From: Bdellovibrionota bacterium FG-2
GTDB taxonomy: Bacteria; Bdellovibrionota; UBA1018
Length of the DNA stretch: 25,667 nucleotides
Direction of reading: 5' to 3'
Assembly: GCA_051382305.1 (NCBI GenBank)
Contig: JBBCAV010000264.1
Coordinates: forward strand, 1-25,667
The first letter of the stretch is position 1, and each line of letters begins with the position of its first letter. This document shows positions 1 through 9,689 of this stretch, piece after piece. The translations under genes were made by a program, and so were the position numbers. Under the pieces are notes generated by a model. The model saw only the letters and a list, made by a program, of their open reading frames with translations. It was not told the DNA's origin and did no database searches.

Positions 1-152
1 CAAAACATCTCAGTGAATCAGGAGCTTGAAAACCTTTATTTCAGGGTTTTTCGAGCTTTTTACCACTCTTTCTCTGACAAAACTTCCTTCTGCGAAGAGA
101 TTTTCAAGAAATTCCCCTAAAGCTCCGCCCGAAAAATGACGATACAAACCAT

Positions 153-830
153 GTGCATCGAGCTCTAAAACCATTTAAGCAGGTTCCGTGGGGTGAGTTT
201 CGGGTCAGGATGTTGATTCCTGCGGCTTTGTTTGGGGTTTTGGGTTTTGTCGCAACAGGATTCGTGTCCGGCACACCTGAGTTTCGCAGGCCCAGTCGCG
301 CGCCCAGCGGCTTTTCTTCCCCCGTAGAACTTGCTCAACAACATTATGCGTCATTACAGGCGGATCTCGCGCAAATTCCTGAAGCGTGTTTGAACGGTGC
401 CACGGCCAATGATTTTCAAAAACATCAGTGCGATGAGTACTGGTCGGCTTTGATCAAACGGGTGGCGCTCGGTATTTTACCCGTGTTCTCTATCCTTTTC
501 TTTTATCTCCCCGTGCGTGGGATCTTCGAAAAAGTCTATACGCGGTCTCGCAAAGCAATCGAGAAGGGCAAAGCCTTTAGTTCCGCCACCGCTGTCCCGT
601 TTGCGGGGGCAGGCAAGGCCTCGGATTTCTTTTGTTGGTTTTTTTGTTTCAGCAAACAAAGCGTGCAGCTTCCTAATCGTTCGATGGTTGACGTCTACTT
701 TCCCCAGGCGGCAATTCTTCCCCGGCCCGGCCAAACGGTCGCGGTTTTTGAACTCGGCCGAGTCTTTGGTCGAGCGCGTTATATTGGTGTGCTTCATACC
801 CCTCACGTGGCCGTAGTTTCGGGAGTCTAA
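153..830 (+). CDS. Hypothetical membrane protein (2 predicted TM segments)
   Basis: 225-aa ORF with hydrophobic stretches MLIPAALFGVLGFVATGFVSG and RVALGILPVFSILFFYLPV; co-oriented 40 bp upstream of dnaE. Start uncertain (GTG 153 or the later ATG of MLIPAA). Confidence 0.6.
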   Translation: MHRALKPFKQVPWGEFRVRMLIPAALFGVLGFVATGFVSGTPEFRRPSRAPSGFSSPVELAQQHYASLQADLAQIPEACLNGATANDFQKHQCDEYWSALIKRVALGILPVFSILFFYLPVRGIFEKVYTRSRKAIEKGKAFSSATAVPFAGAGKASDFFCWFFCFSKQSVQLPNRSMVDVYFPQAAILPRPGQTVAVFELGRVFGRARYIGVLHTPHVAVVSGV

Positions 831-870
831 AGACTGGCCTTTATCCCCCGCTTTGCTATATCCAAATGAT

Positions 871-3800
871 ATGTCATTTGTTCATCTCCACGTGCATAGC
901 CAGTACAGCTTGCTCGAGGGTGCGATTCATGTGGAATCCCTTATCGAGCGAGTCAAAGCCTTAGGCATGCCCGCCGTCGCCCTCACCGATACGCACAACT
1001 TGTTTGGCGTGGTGGATTTTTATCTCGCGGCCAAGGATGCGGGCATCAAGCCCATCATTGGGTGTGAACTCAATGTGGCGACTCCCATTGGGAATTCGGG
1101 CGCGCAAAGCGGCACCAAAGGCGGGCTCAAATTTCACCACCTTGTTGTATTATGCAAAAACACCCAAGGCTACGAGAACCTTTGCCAGATGATTACGAAG
1201 TCCTACAAGGACTGCGCAACTCTGCCGCGCACTTCAGGCTATTGGCCCAAGGCTTGGATTGACCGTGGCGCGCTTGATCGTTATGGCGATGGGCTTATTG
1301 TGCTCTCCGGTTGTTTGAGGGGGGTGCTTGCGGCGCCGCTGATTGAGGGGCGCGAGGAAGATGCACTGGAGCTGGCGCTTTGGCTGCAAAAGCGCTTTGG
1401 CGAGGACTTCTATTTTGAATTGCAAGATAGTGGAATTCCTGAGCAGGCTGCCGTCAATGAAACGTTAAGCGCATGGTCCGAAAAATACGGGATCAAGACT
1501 GTCGCCACCAACGATTGTCATTATTTAAAACCAGAGGACGCCGAGGCGCACGAGATCTTGCAATGCATTGAGCATGGGCGAAACTTGGACTTTGATCGCC
1601 CCGAGAGTCTAGTCCCCAACGAATATTATTTTAAGTCGCAAGACGAGATGAAAGCGCGTTTTGAGCGGTTTCCTGATGCCTATGCGCGCACTATGGAGAT
1701 TGCAGAGAAGTGCCAGCTCGCGTTTAAGTTCAAAGACGAGCAGGGGCGCCCGATTTACCATCTCCCAAAGTTTCGCCCCTCAGAGATTCCGCCTGATGCG
1801 CCCTTTGATCTGCTCGAGTATTTTCGAGCGCAGGGGCGCGAGGGATTGAAACAAAGATTGGAGCATCCTTCTTTTGTCGTGAAGGTCGGCACACCGGGGA
1901 CGCCCGAATTTGCAGAGCGCGCGAAACCTTACTTTGATCGGCTTGAGCAAGAACTTGCCATGATTGAGCGCACCGGGTTTGCGGGCTACTTCTTAATCGT
2001 CTCGGACTTTATTGGCTGGGCGAAGAAAAACGCGATCCCGGTTGGCCCTGGCCGCGGCTCAGGGGCGGGCTCGCTCGTCGCTTATTCACTGAAGATCACG
2101 GACATTGATCCGATCGAATATAATTTGCTCTTTGAGCGCTTTATCAATCCTGAGCGTATTAGCATGCCCGACTTTGACGTGGATTTTTGCCAGGATCGGA
2201 GAGGCGAAGTCATCAAGTATGTCGGTCAAAAATATGGACAAGATAACGTCTGCCAGATCATTACGTTTGGCAAATTGCAACCGCGCGCGGTGATCAAAGA
2301 CGTAGGCCGCGTTTTGGGCCTTTCTTTTGCCGAGAGCGACGCGATCACGAAACTCTTACCCGACGATTTGGATATTACCATTGAGCGGGCCATAGAATCC
2401 GAAGAGCGGCTGCGGAACCTCATTGAGAGTGATCCCAAAATAGCGACGATCATTCGCTACGCGCGCTCGTTAGAGGGGTTATATCGAAGCGCAGGGATGC
2501 ACGCGGCGGGTGTGATTATCACTGAAAAACCCGTCGTAGCCTATTGCCCGTTGTACATGGGCAAAGACGGCTATGTCGTCTCGCAATTTGATAAGGATTA
2601 TTGCGAGAAAATCGGGCTGATCAAGTTTGACTTTTTGGGACTGAAAACGCTTACAGTCATTGATAACGCTGTGAAACTTATTCGCGAGACGGCCGAAAAA
2701 GGAACCCCGGAATTTGATCTCGAGCATATGAATCTGCGCGATCCGGCGGTGTTTGCGCTGATTAGTTCCGGCGATACGGATGGCGTGTTTCAAGTCGAAA
2801 GCTCAGGGATGAAGGATCTGTGCATGCGGATTCAACCCAATTCGATTGAGGATTTAACCGCCATCAACGCGCTTTATCGTCCCGGTCCTTTGGGCTCGGG
2901 GATGGTGGATGATTTTATTGAGCGCAAGCACGGACGAATTCCTACGGTTTACGAAGTCGAGTCGTTAGAGTCTATTTTGCGGGATACTTATGGCGTGATT
3001 TTGTATCAAGAGCAGGTCATGCAGATCGCCCGAGAGTTAGCCGGCTATTCGTTGGGTCAAGCCGATTTGCTAAGGCGTGCGATGGGTAAGAAAAAAGCCG
3101 ACGAGATGGCTAACCATCGGGACATTTTTGTGCAAGGGGCGCTGAAAAAACAGATTCCTGAGGCGAAAGCCGGGGGGATCTTTGATCTGATGGCCAAGTT
3201 CGCTGAGTACGGTTTTAATAAGTCCCACTCCGCGGCCTATGCCATGTTGACTTATCAGACGGCTTATCTAAAAACGCATTATTCGTCGGAGTTCATGGCA
3301 GCCCTCATGACCACGGAGATGGACAACACGGATAAAATCACGAAATACATTAACGACACGCGCTCGCATGGCTTGCCGATCTTAAGCCCGGATGTGAACT
3401 TTTCGCAGAAGCGCTTTAGTGTGGAGTGGGTGGATTCGCCACGCGGGCGGATCAAGGGGATTCGATTCGGCTTAGAGGCCATCAAAGGCGTGGGCGGCGT
3501 AGCCGTGGATTGTATCCTAGAAGCGCGCCTTACGAGCCGGTTCAATAATGTTTTGGATTTTGTCCGGCGGGTACCGACGCGCAAGGTGAATAAGAAGGTC
3601 GTTGAAGCGCTGACCTTGGCCGGGGCCTTTGACACCATTGCAGAGGTGAACCGTGCTTCGGTATTTGCATCTTTGGAGACGCTGCTGGAGCACGCAGGCG
3701 AAGAGCAAGAAGAGCGAGAACTCGGGCAGACTTCGCTCTTTGATTCCTTTGGCTCTCAAGAAGTGAAGCTGCATACGCCGCCTGAGGCACTTTTTAAGCG

Positions 3801-4590
3801 CGAAGAAGATTGGTCGTTGCCTAAGAAACTGACGCAAGAAAAGCAGGTCGTGGGCTTTTATGTCTCAGGTCATCCGATGGATGGCTGGCAAAAAATTTGT
3901 GAGCAGTGGTTGGGTTGGAGTACGGAGCGCCTCAAAAAATTTGCCGAAGGCAAGGCGCAAGAAAAATCTGCCGAAAAGGCAAAAACCGCGAAAGCCGAGG
4001 CCCAGGGCGCGCTGCCTGGGGATCCGGCGCCTTGGGGCGGAGGCGGAGGCGGCGGGGGCCGCTATCAGCGCGCTGCAAAGACTGAAATCAAAATAGCGGG
4101 GCTTGTCTCCGAACTCAGAGAGGTCACGACTAAAAAGGGCTCGCGTATGGCTTTTGGTCAACTCGAAGATTTGGAGGGGCGACTCGAAGTCGTGTTTTTC
4201 CCGGAGAGTTGGGCTGCCAATGCCGCCACCATTCAGCAATCGGCGAGTGATGCGACGGTGTTGGTGCTGACCTGTGATCTTGAATTGGGCGAGGAAATAC
4301 CTAAACTGCAAGTCAAGAGCGCGGAGCCTGCGGCCGACGCCCATAAGGGTCGGGTGCAACAAGTCGTTGTAAGATTGCGGCTTGACGAAGTAAACTCAGG
4401 ACAGTTGCGGGATCTTAAGAAGAGTTTTATTCAGTTTCGCGGCAAGTGTGGCGTGAGGTTGGACTTCTTGGATTCGAGTTTTAAAACTTGGATGGATTTG
4501 CCAAAAACGGTGGGAGTCAACCCCTCGCCTCAAATGGTAGCCTCGGTGAACAAGATTTTTGGGAGGGATGATGTTGTCAGGCTTAATTGA
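871..4590 (+). CDS. dnaE: DNA polymerase III subunit alpha
   Basis: PHP-domain start MSFVHLHVHSQYSLLEG, ALTDTHN, GPGRGSGAGS, catalytic ERISMPDFDVDF, KFDFLGLKTL, YGFNKSH, C-terminal OB fold (TKKGSRMAFGQLEDLEG). ATG at 871 preferred to the TTG at 853. Confidence 0.98.
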   Translation: MSFVHLHVHSQYSLLEGAIHVESLIERVKALGMPAVALTDTHNLFGVVDFYLAAKDAGIKPIIGCELNVATPIGNSGAQSGTKGGLKFHHLVVLCKNTQGYENLCQMITKSYKDCATLPRTSGYWPKAWIDRGALDRYGDGLIVLSGCLRGVLAAPLIEGREEDALELALWLQKRFGEDFYFELQDSGIPEQAAVNETLSAWSEKYGIKTVATNDCHYLKPEDAEAHEILQCIEHGRNLDFDRPESLVPNEYYFKSQDEMKARFERFPDAYARTMEIAEKCQLAFKFKDEQGRPIYHLPKFRPSEIPPDAPFDLLEYFRAQGREGLKQRLEHPSFVVKVGTPGTPEFAERAKPYFDRLEQELAMIERTGFAGYFLIVSDFIGWAKKNAIPVGPGRGSGAGSLVAYSLKITDIDPIEYNLLFERFINPERISMPDFDVDFCQDRRGEVIKYVGQKYGQDNVCQIITFGKLQPRAVIKDVGRVLGLSFAESDAITKLLPDDLDITIERAIESEERLRNLIESDPKIATIIRYARSLEGLYRSAGMHAAGVIITEKPVVAYCPLYMGKDGYVVSQFDKDYCEKIGLIKFDFLGLKTLTVIDNAVKLIRETAEKGTPEFDLEHMNLRDPAVFALISSGDTDGVFQVESSGMKDLCMRIQPNSIEDLTAINALYRPGPLGSGMVDDFIERKHGRIPTVYEVESLESILRDTYGVILYQEQVMQIARELAGYSLGQADLLRRAMGKKKADEMANHRDIFVQGALKKQIPEAKAGGIFDLMAKFAEYGFNKSHSAAYAMLTYQTAYLKTHYSSEFMAALMTTEMDNTDKITKYINDTRSHGLPILSPDVNFSQKRFSVEWVDSPRGRIKGIRFGLEAIKGVGGVAVDCILEARLTSRFNNVLDFVRRVPTRKVNKKVVEALTLAGAFDTIAEVNRASVFASLETLLEHAGEEQEERELGQTSLFDSFGSQEVKLHTPPEALFKREEDWSLPKKLTQEKQVVGFYVSGHPMDGWQKICEQWLGWSTERLKKFAEGKAQEKSAEKAKTAKAEAQGALPGDPAPWGGGGGGGGRYQRAAKTEIKIAGLVSELREVTTKKGSRMAFGQLEDLEGRLEVVFFPESWAANAATIQQSASDATVLVLTCDLELGEEIPKLQVKSAEPAADAHKGRVQQVVVRLRLDEVNSGQLRDLKKSFIQFRGKCGVRLDFLDSSFKTWMDLPKTVGVNPSPQMVASVNKIFGRDDVVRLN

Positions 4591-5674
4591 TGGCTTAATT
4601 AGAGTTCCAGTGAGAACGGCCGCGCTCCTTGGTGTGGTGCTGTTGTCTGGCGGCGCGCTTTCGTTTGCGGAACCGTCTGTTCCTAACGATCCTAGTGCGC
4701 AGCTTAAAGCCGCGGTCCTCGAGTTTCAGCCAAAACTTGGGGCCCTTGAAGAGTGGCAAAAGAAAATTTTTAACGAGGAGGCGGTCCCGCAGTATTCCCG
4801 CTTTATTCGCGATTATAAAGCGGCTACCGGAAAAACAGGCGCACTGAACATCGTCATTGATGAGGCGATGTTACATAACTTCTTGGCTTTTTACGCCCCG
4901 AAGGCGCTTAAGCAAGAGGCTCCAAAAATTTTGGTAGCGCTTCGAATTGAAAATGCTTGTGAAAAGTGCAAGGTCGCTGCCGTGGGACTTAAGAACTCGC
5001 TTAAAAATAGGCTTACGTTGCGAGGTTTTAACGTGGTATGGGTTGCCGCCCAGAAGAGCGATGAAGGCCTTTTGGATGGCAAAATGAGCGCTGATCCGCT
5101 TTTTTCGGATGCTGAATCCAAACGGGCTGCTGCATTTTTGTTGGTAAGAGCGCATTTCATGCATCCGGAAGAAAATGATACAGCTCATGCTGATGAGGTT
5201 CGTTTTGCGATGGACGTGGCGTTAAGCGTCCCTTCGCTTGGCGCAGCAGGAATGAAGCGAGAGGGAAGCCTTGAGGTGTTGGAAAATGATTCGCTCTTAG
5301 CGGCCATGGATCGGCTTTTAACGGAGAGTCTAGTGGAGCTTGGCGTGAAGGCAAAACAAGTTCAAGCCCTGGGAGTGAGTGTGGGGGGCAAACCCACGTT
5401 GATTGAGGTCAAGGGCATTACAGATTTTGCGCAATACTCAAGATTTAAGAATAGCTTGCAGCAGCAGCTGGGTACGGACGTATGGGTTGAGGAACGCAAG
5501 ATTTCTCGTGGAAACGCGCTTCTGTCTGTTTCTATGGGTAAATCCACCGAAATCGTAAAACTTCTAAAATCATTGCCGGCTGATGCGGGGCAGATCATCG
5601 TTTTGGCAGAACCCTCCGAGGCACCCGTGCCTGGGGTGGAAGGAATGGATCGCATTCAGGTGGAACTCAAATGA
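4568..5674 (+). CDS. Exported hypothetical protein (C-terminus DUF2066-like), likely partner of the downstream lipoprotein
   Basis: ORF overlaps the dnaE stop; signal-peptide-like AALLGVVLLSGGALSFA; C-terminal LIEVKGITDFAQYSRFKNSL resembles the DUF2066/FlgT-associated C-terminal domain (by eye only). Confidence 0.55.
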   Translation: MMLSGLIDGLIRVPVRTAALLGVVLLSGGALSFAEPSVPNDPSAQLKAAVLEFQPKLGALEEWQKKIFNEEAVPQYSRFIRDYKAATGKTGALNIVIDEAMLHNFLAFYAPKALKQEAPKILVALRIENACEKCKVAAVGLKNSLKNRLTLRGFNVVWVAAQKSDEGLLDGKMSADPLFSDAESKRAAAFLLVRAHFMHPEENDTAHADEVRFAMDVALSVPSLGAAGMKREGSLEVLENDSLLAAMDRLLTESLVELGVKAKQVQALGVSVGGKPTLIEVKGITDFAQYSRFKNSLQQQLGTDVWVEERKISRGNALLSVSMGKSTEIVKLLKSLPADAGQIIVLAEPSEAPVPGVEGMDRIQVELK

Positions 5675-5688
5675 GGGGACGCAAAGTG

Positions 5689-6672
5689 ATGAAGAATTTA
5701 TTTGTGATCCGGGTTCTGGGGCTTGCTATCGGACTTACTATTGCACTTGCCTCTTTGGGGGGGTGCCAACGCTCCACGGCCTTTCGCAAGGATCAAGATG
5801 TGAATAGTAGGCCAGAAACTCCGAGTTATTATGGGGGCAAGAAAACGCCCTCTCAGCGCGCCGAGAGCATCGGTCAGCCCAAGAAGCGCGTGCTCGTGCT
5901 GAACTTTTGGAATGATACGCCGGTGAAAAGTGGGGATTACGGCAGTTACGCTGCCGATGAGCTTCGGCGTGCGCTTTTTGGGACTCAACGCATGATTTTG
6001 CCTACGGATGTGAAGAGTGATTTGAATACTTCAGATCTGATTCAGGGGGACAAAGTGCGCGTTTCTCAGCTTATTCGCGAAGGAAGGCGTTTGGGCGTGG
6101 GAGTTATGGTGATTGGGCGGATTTCTAAAATCGTGTTTCGGCAAAAAGGCGACGATGTCGGGGTGTTTCGGCAGAAGCAGTCTTTTGGTGCGGTGGATAT
6201 CGAGATCAAACTTTTTGATATCACCGCGGGCCGCGAGATTATTGCGACCTCTAAGTCTGGCGAAGCTTCGACGAGCGCCATGGCTTTTGGGGATCAAACC
6301 AATTTGGATTCGCCGGAGTATCGGGCTGAGTTGATTCGCTTGAGCGTGCGAAACGCCGTAGGGCCCTTGGTGGGGGATATCGTGCGCGCGGTTGAAAAGA
6401 TGGCGTGGGAAGGTCGTATCGCCAAGGTCACGGGCAACAAACTCTACATCAACGCTGGACGCGCCTCTGGCCTCGTGGGTGGCGATATTTTGAAGGTGAT
6501 GACTTTGGGCGATGACGTGTATGACCCTACTTCCGGGGCTTTTTTGGGGCGCTCCCAGGGGCAGCTCAAAGGCACGCTTGAAGTCGTGGATTTTATCGGG
6601 CCCGATGGGGCGGTTTGCGAAATCCACACCGGTGGCAATTTTAAAGAAGGCGATCCTGTTCAGCTTTATTAA
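5689..6672 (+). CDS. CsgG/FlgT-like outer-membrane lipoprotein (FlgT middle and C-terminal domains)
   Basis: Lipobox LASLGG-C; KKRVLVLNF...GRRLGVGVMVIGRI alpha/beta domain; FlgT C-terminal-like WEGRIAKVTGNKLYINAGRASGL...YDPTSGAFLG. SD GAGGGG at 5673-5678 favours a start at 5686/5689. Confidence 0.75.
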   Translation: MKNLFVIRVLGLAIGLTIALASLGGCQRSTAFRKDQDVNSRPETPSYYGGKKTPSQRAESIGQPKKRVLVLNFWNDTPVKSGDYGSYAADELRRALFGTQRMILPTDVKSDLNTSDLIQGDKVRVSQLIREGRRLGVGVMVIGRISKIVFRQKGDDVGVFRQKQSFGAVDIEIKLFDITAGREIIATSKSGEASTSAMAFGDQTNLDSPEYRAELIRLSVRNAVGPLVGDIVRAVEKMAWEGRIAKVTGNKLYINAGRASGLVGGDILKVMTLGDDVYDPTSGAFLGRSQGQLKGTLEVVDFIGPDGAVCEIHTGGNFKEGDPVQLY

Positions 6673-6683
6673 GGGGTGAGAGT

Positions 6684-7382
6684 ATGAGAACGACCGAAGT
6701 TGAATTGAGAAGACACACCTCCGCGAGTCCTTGGACCTACGCAATGATGGATGCTCGTCAGCGAGTGATCGCGGCGCGTGCATTGGCGGGGGGGCCTGGG
6801 GGCTTGTTGATTTCGGAAGTGGCGCCCGTAATTACGTTGGGGCGCCGGACGGGGCCGGGTGATGTGGTTTTGCCTGAGTCCGTTTTGCGCGAAAAAGGTG
6901 TCGATCTTCATCCCATCGATCGTGGCGGAATGGCCACCTACCATGGCCCCGGCCAATGGGTCGTGTTTGCCGTCGATACCCTTGAGCGATTAACCGGGGA
7001 TCGCCGAGGCGTGCGCAAGGCTGTTGATGCTTTGTTAGACGTGGGACTTGAAGTGGGGCTTTCTTATGAGCCGAGTGCCCATGTGCGCGATGGCACCGAG
7101 GTTGGGGTTTGGACTGAGAAGGGTAAATTCGCCGCGTGTGGCGTACATATCGTGGATGGCGTATTGTTGCATGGGCTTGCCATCAATGCTTTTCGAACCG
7201 AAACGAGCTTCTTAGGAATTCGTCCCTGTGGTTCTGATAAACCCGTTGTGTTTCTTTTGCAGGATCCCAGCGAGCACGCTTTTCTGGAAATGGCTCATCG
7301 AATTGAAAAGGCCGTTTTTGCACGCTTTTGGGAGCAGGGGAGTTTGGTTAAAATGGGCGCGGGTTCAATGTCTGCTAGTTAG
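6684..7382 (+). CDS. lipB: Lipoyl(octanoyl) transferase
   Basis: PVITLGRR, DRGGMATYHGPGQ, KFAACGVHI, HGLAIN and IRPCG match LipB motifs. Confidence 0.92.
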   Translation: MRTTEVELRRHTSASPWTYAMMDARQRVIAARALAGGPGGLLISEVAPVITLGRRTGPGDVVLPESVLREKGVDLHPIDRGGMATYHGPGQWVVFAVDTLERLTGDRRGVRKAVDALLDVGLEVGLSYEPSAHVRDGTEVGVWTEKGKFAACGVHIVDGVLLHGLAINAFRTETSFLGIRPCGSDKPVVFLLQDPSEHAFLEMAHRIEKAVFARFWEQGSLVKMGAGSMSAS

Positions 7383-7422
7383 GGCGAAAAACGGGTTTGT
7401 TTCATTTCGTAGCCCCGTAGAC

Positions 7423-7737
7423 CTATGACACCATTTTCTTCTGTTGTTCAACAGCTAGCCTCAATCCCATTGCGCCTAATAGCGCTTTAAGTGAAGACAG
7501 CTCGGGTTTTCCAGTTTCTGATAGAGCACGATACATCGCCTACCTTGCCATTCCAGATTTCTTAGACACGGCTGTCATCCCGTGAGCTTGCGCCACCTGG
7601 CGAAGAGCCATCAAGAATCGTTCCTCAGAACCCTCGTCTGTGTCTTCTAATGAAGCATTCAGATATTCAGCGGAAAACTCGGGATCCTTTAATTGTTCGA
7701 TCAAATCAATTTCATAATTCTTTGTTCGCTTTGGCAT
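7423..7737 (-). pseudogene. Addiction-module antidote (HigA/HI1420-like HTH antitoxin) with an in-frame nonsense codon
   Basis: LKDPEFSAEYLNASLE...FLMALRQVAQAHGMTAVSKKSGMAR, then TAG at 7542-7540, then the same frame continues AMYRALSETGKPELSSLKALLGAMGLRLAV to TAG at 7425-7423, completing the HTH. Confidence 0.88.
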
Positions 7738-7925
7738 AATCTAAACCCTGGTCCGAAGTTGATCTTCAATTCCCAAACGCCATCATCAAGTCGTCTGCAC
7801 AGTCCGAAATTATCCTGCACCACCCTGTTTAATCGGGTGGCAATGATAGCCCGAGTTCGTTTGTCTCGTAGGGCGCTAAGCCACTCGTCGTAGGGGCATT
7901 GGCCGAGTCTAACGAGAGTCCAGAA
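7738..7925 (-). pseudogene. Addiction-module killer toxin remnant (RelE/HigB, HI1419-like)
   Basis: Minus-strand translation GQCPYDEWLSALRDKRTRAIIATRLNRVVQDNFGLCRRLDDGVWELKINFGPGFR. The 5' end is cut off at the IS1595 TIR; the expected C-terminal (LLCGGDK-type) segment is absent and the sequence runs straight into the antitoxin ATG. Confidence 0.82.
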
Positions 7926-8876
7926 CCTGCATGTGCACTTGACGTACCTTAGCTGGGTTTGGGGTTTGAGCGAACCGCTGCCTCCACCATCCTATGGAAA
8001 ACAAGGCCACGGCTGCCGGATGTGCGACGGCTAAAACGAAAGGTGAATTCATCTAGGTAGGGTTGCAGATTCTCCTTATCAATGCGGCCTTGATAGGTGC
8101 CGGAGTACCAGCGTTTTAATAGCGAGGCTACGCGCCCGACGCGAGGGAGCAATCGATCATCATCACCATCCACCTCTTCCCAAAAGTACGGCTTCTTTTG
8201 TGGCTCGAGAGAGTATCCTTTTTCAACGATACTCGGATAGCTTTTGTGCCGATCTGAAATGATGGTCGAGCCCAGCTCAATTACCTCTTTGATGAACCCT
8301 TGAATCTCCTCTGCCTTTTCACTTTGGACGTGTTTCAGTCGAATTCGCCCCGTAGCGGATCCACGTTTTTCAGCGGCAATTAAGACGATTTCCTTATTGT
8401 TTACGCCGCCAACAAAGGCCTGGTCAACTTCCACCATACCGGAGAGGGCCTGCCGCGATGGGGAGGCCGTGCAAGAGCGCAGCTTTCCTAAGATCGCCCA
8501 TGCGGTTCGGTAGCTGCCGATGTCAAAATTTTGTTGCAAGGCAAGAGCACTGGCGCCATTTCTTGGCCCCATAAACCACCAGATCATTTGAAACCACAGG
8601 TTCAACGGGAGCTTGGTGTCTTGAAACAGTGTCCCTGCCAAGACCCTGGATCTCGCTCTGCACCCAGCGCAAACGCCATTGGCGCTGATTGTTTCTCCAG
8701 AATTTTTTATCGCCACAGGCCGAACATACGAAGCCCTCTGGCCACCGGATGGCGGCAAGATAGTCAAAACAAGCGTCCTCTCCTGCGAGCCGCGCATTCA
8801 GTTCTCGATAATTCTTGGGGTACTCCAGCTAAACGGGCTAGCCTGAGAGGCTGGGTACGTCAAGTGCATATGCAGG
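7926..8876 (-). mobile_element. IS1595-family insertion sequence (ISSod11-like group), 951 bp
   Basis: 23-bp terminal inverted repeats: CCTGCATGTGCACTTGACGTACC (7926-7948) and GGTACGTCAAGTGCATATGCAGG (8854-8876), 22/23 match, enclosing an ISXO2-type transposase. No target-site duplication visible. Confidence 0.9.
7949..8828 (-). pseudogene. IS1595-family transposase, frameshifted near 8675
   Basis: N-terminal frame EYPKNYRELNARLAGEDACFDYLAAIRWPEGFVCSACGDKKFW (Zn ribbon) shifts into VCAGCRARSRVLAGTLFQDTKLPL...VEVDQAFVGG...SDRHKSY...LPRVGRVASLLKRW...YLDEFTFRF. Confidence 0.85.
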
Positions 8877-8946
8877 CGATTTTCACGAAATCTATTTCCC
8901 GTAAAATCCGTCTCATTTTCGAGTTACTGGACAGATCCTGGACATT

Positions 8947-9610
8947 TCATTTTATTTTGTCCAAGACGGTTGTCCTTGTAGCGAGTGTTCCCACCGTTTG
9001 GCCAATCAGCCTGAGCCGATCATCCGTACGGTGCATGTACCTCTTCGTCGTGCTTTCGTTTTGGTGATTCAGGACGCGTCCCACATCGGTTGATGAAGCT
9101 CCGGCTTCTACCCAAAGTTCAGAGCACGAATGCCTGAGCCCGTGGGGACTGATGATGCGGACGCCCGCTTTTCCACAAAGGCGCTTCAAGGCGTCTTCAA
9201 ACGTATTGTAGGAAAGCATCTCTCCTTTGAGGTTTGGGCACACGAGTTTTTTACTCGCGCTCTCCTCGTAGGGGTTGGGCTGACGCTCCAAAAGAAAGTC
9301 GTGAAGCATTGGAACAATCGGAGCTTTGGTCCAGTCTCGATGTTTGGGCTGGGGCCTGACTTCTCCGATTTTATATTTGAAGCCTGCGCGGATATCGATT
9401 TGCGCTTGCTCAAGATTGATGGCGTCCCAGATCAACGGAGGAATCGTTTCCCACCTCAAGCCCGCCAATCCCATTATCCAGATTGCGCGTCCTAGATAAT
9501 GATCTCGAACAAAATCAAAAAGTGCGAGCAATTCACAGGGCTTCAGAAATGCCGTTTCCTTTTTTGGGACGTCGGGTCTGTACCACCTGTGCACCGGATT
9601 GGATTCGCAT
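8947..9610 (-). pseudogene. Tyrosine recombinase/phage integrase, catalytic C-terminal half only
   Basis: GLAGLRWET (R), QPKHR (K), HGLRH, LNH and RYMH catalytic motifs; homology starts at SNPV (~9603), an in-frame TGA lies upstream and there is no core-binding domain. Confidence 0.8.
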
Positions 9611-9689
9611 ACAAAAGAGCCAGTGTCCAGAGCTAATAAAAAGCGAAGTCAGCTCAGGCGCTTAACCGAGCGTATGCCGGAACCCTGGG

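Noticed and set aside
3940-4080. Intein in dnaE
   Set aside because: The insertion is short and low-complexity and lacks the N-terminal Cys/Ser block and C-terminal His-Asn.
7540-7542. Stop-codon recoding (TAG read-through, pyrrolysine or alternative code)
   Set aside because: TAG terminates intact genes here (lipB, hemerythrin, pilin paralog 2), the cognate toxin is dead, and the other in-frame stop (25296) is TAA; nonsense mutation is simpler.
8670-8680. Programmed frameshift in the IS1595 transposase
   Set aside because: No slippery heptamer at the site, IS1595 transposases are single ORFs, and catalytic motifs are also degenerate.
8531-9067. 178-aa plus-strand ORF and other antisense/nested ORFs (e.g. 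6031-6783, 3865-4362, 11575-11997)
   Set aside because: They overlap well-supported genes on the other strand or frame and show no recognisable motifs.
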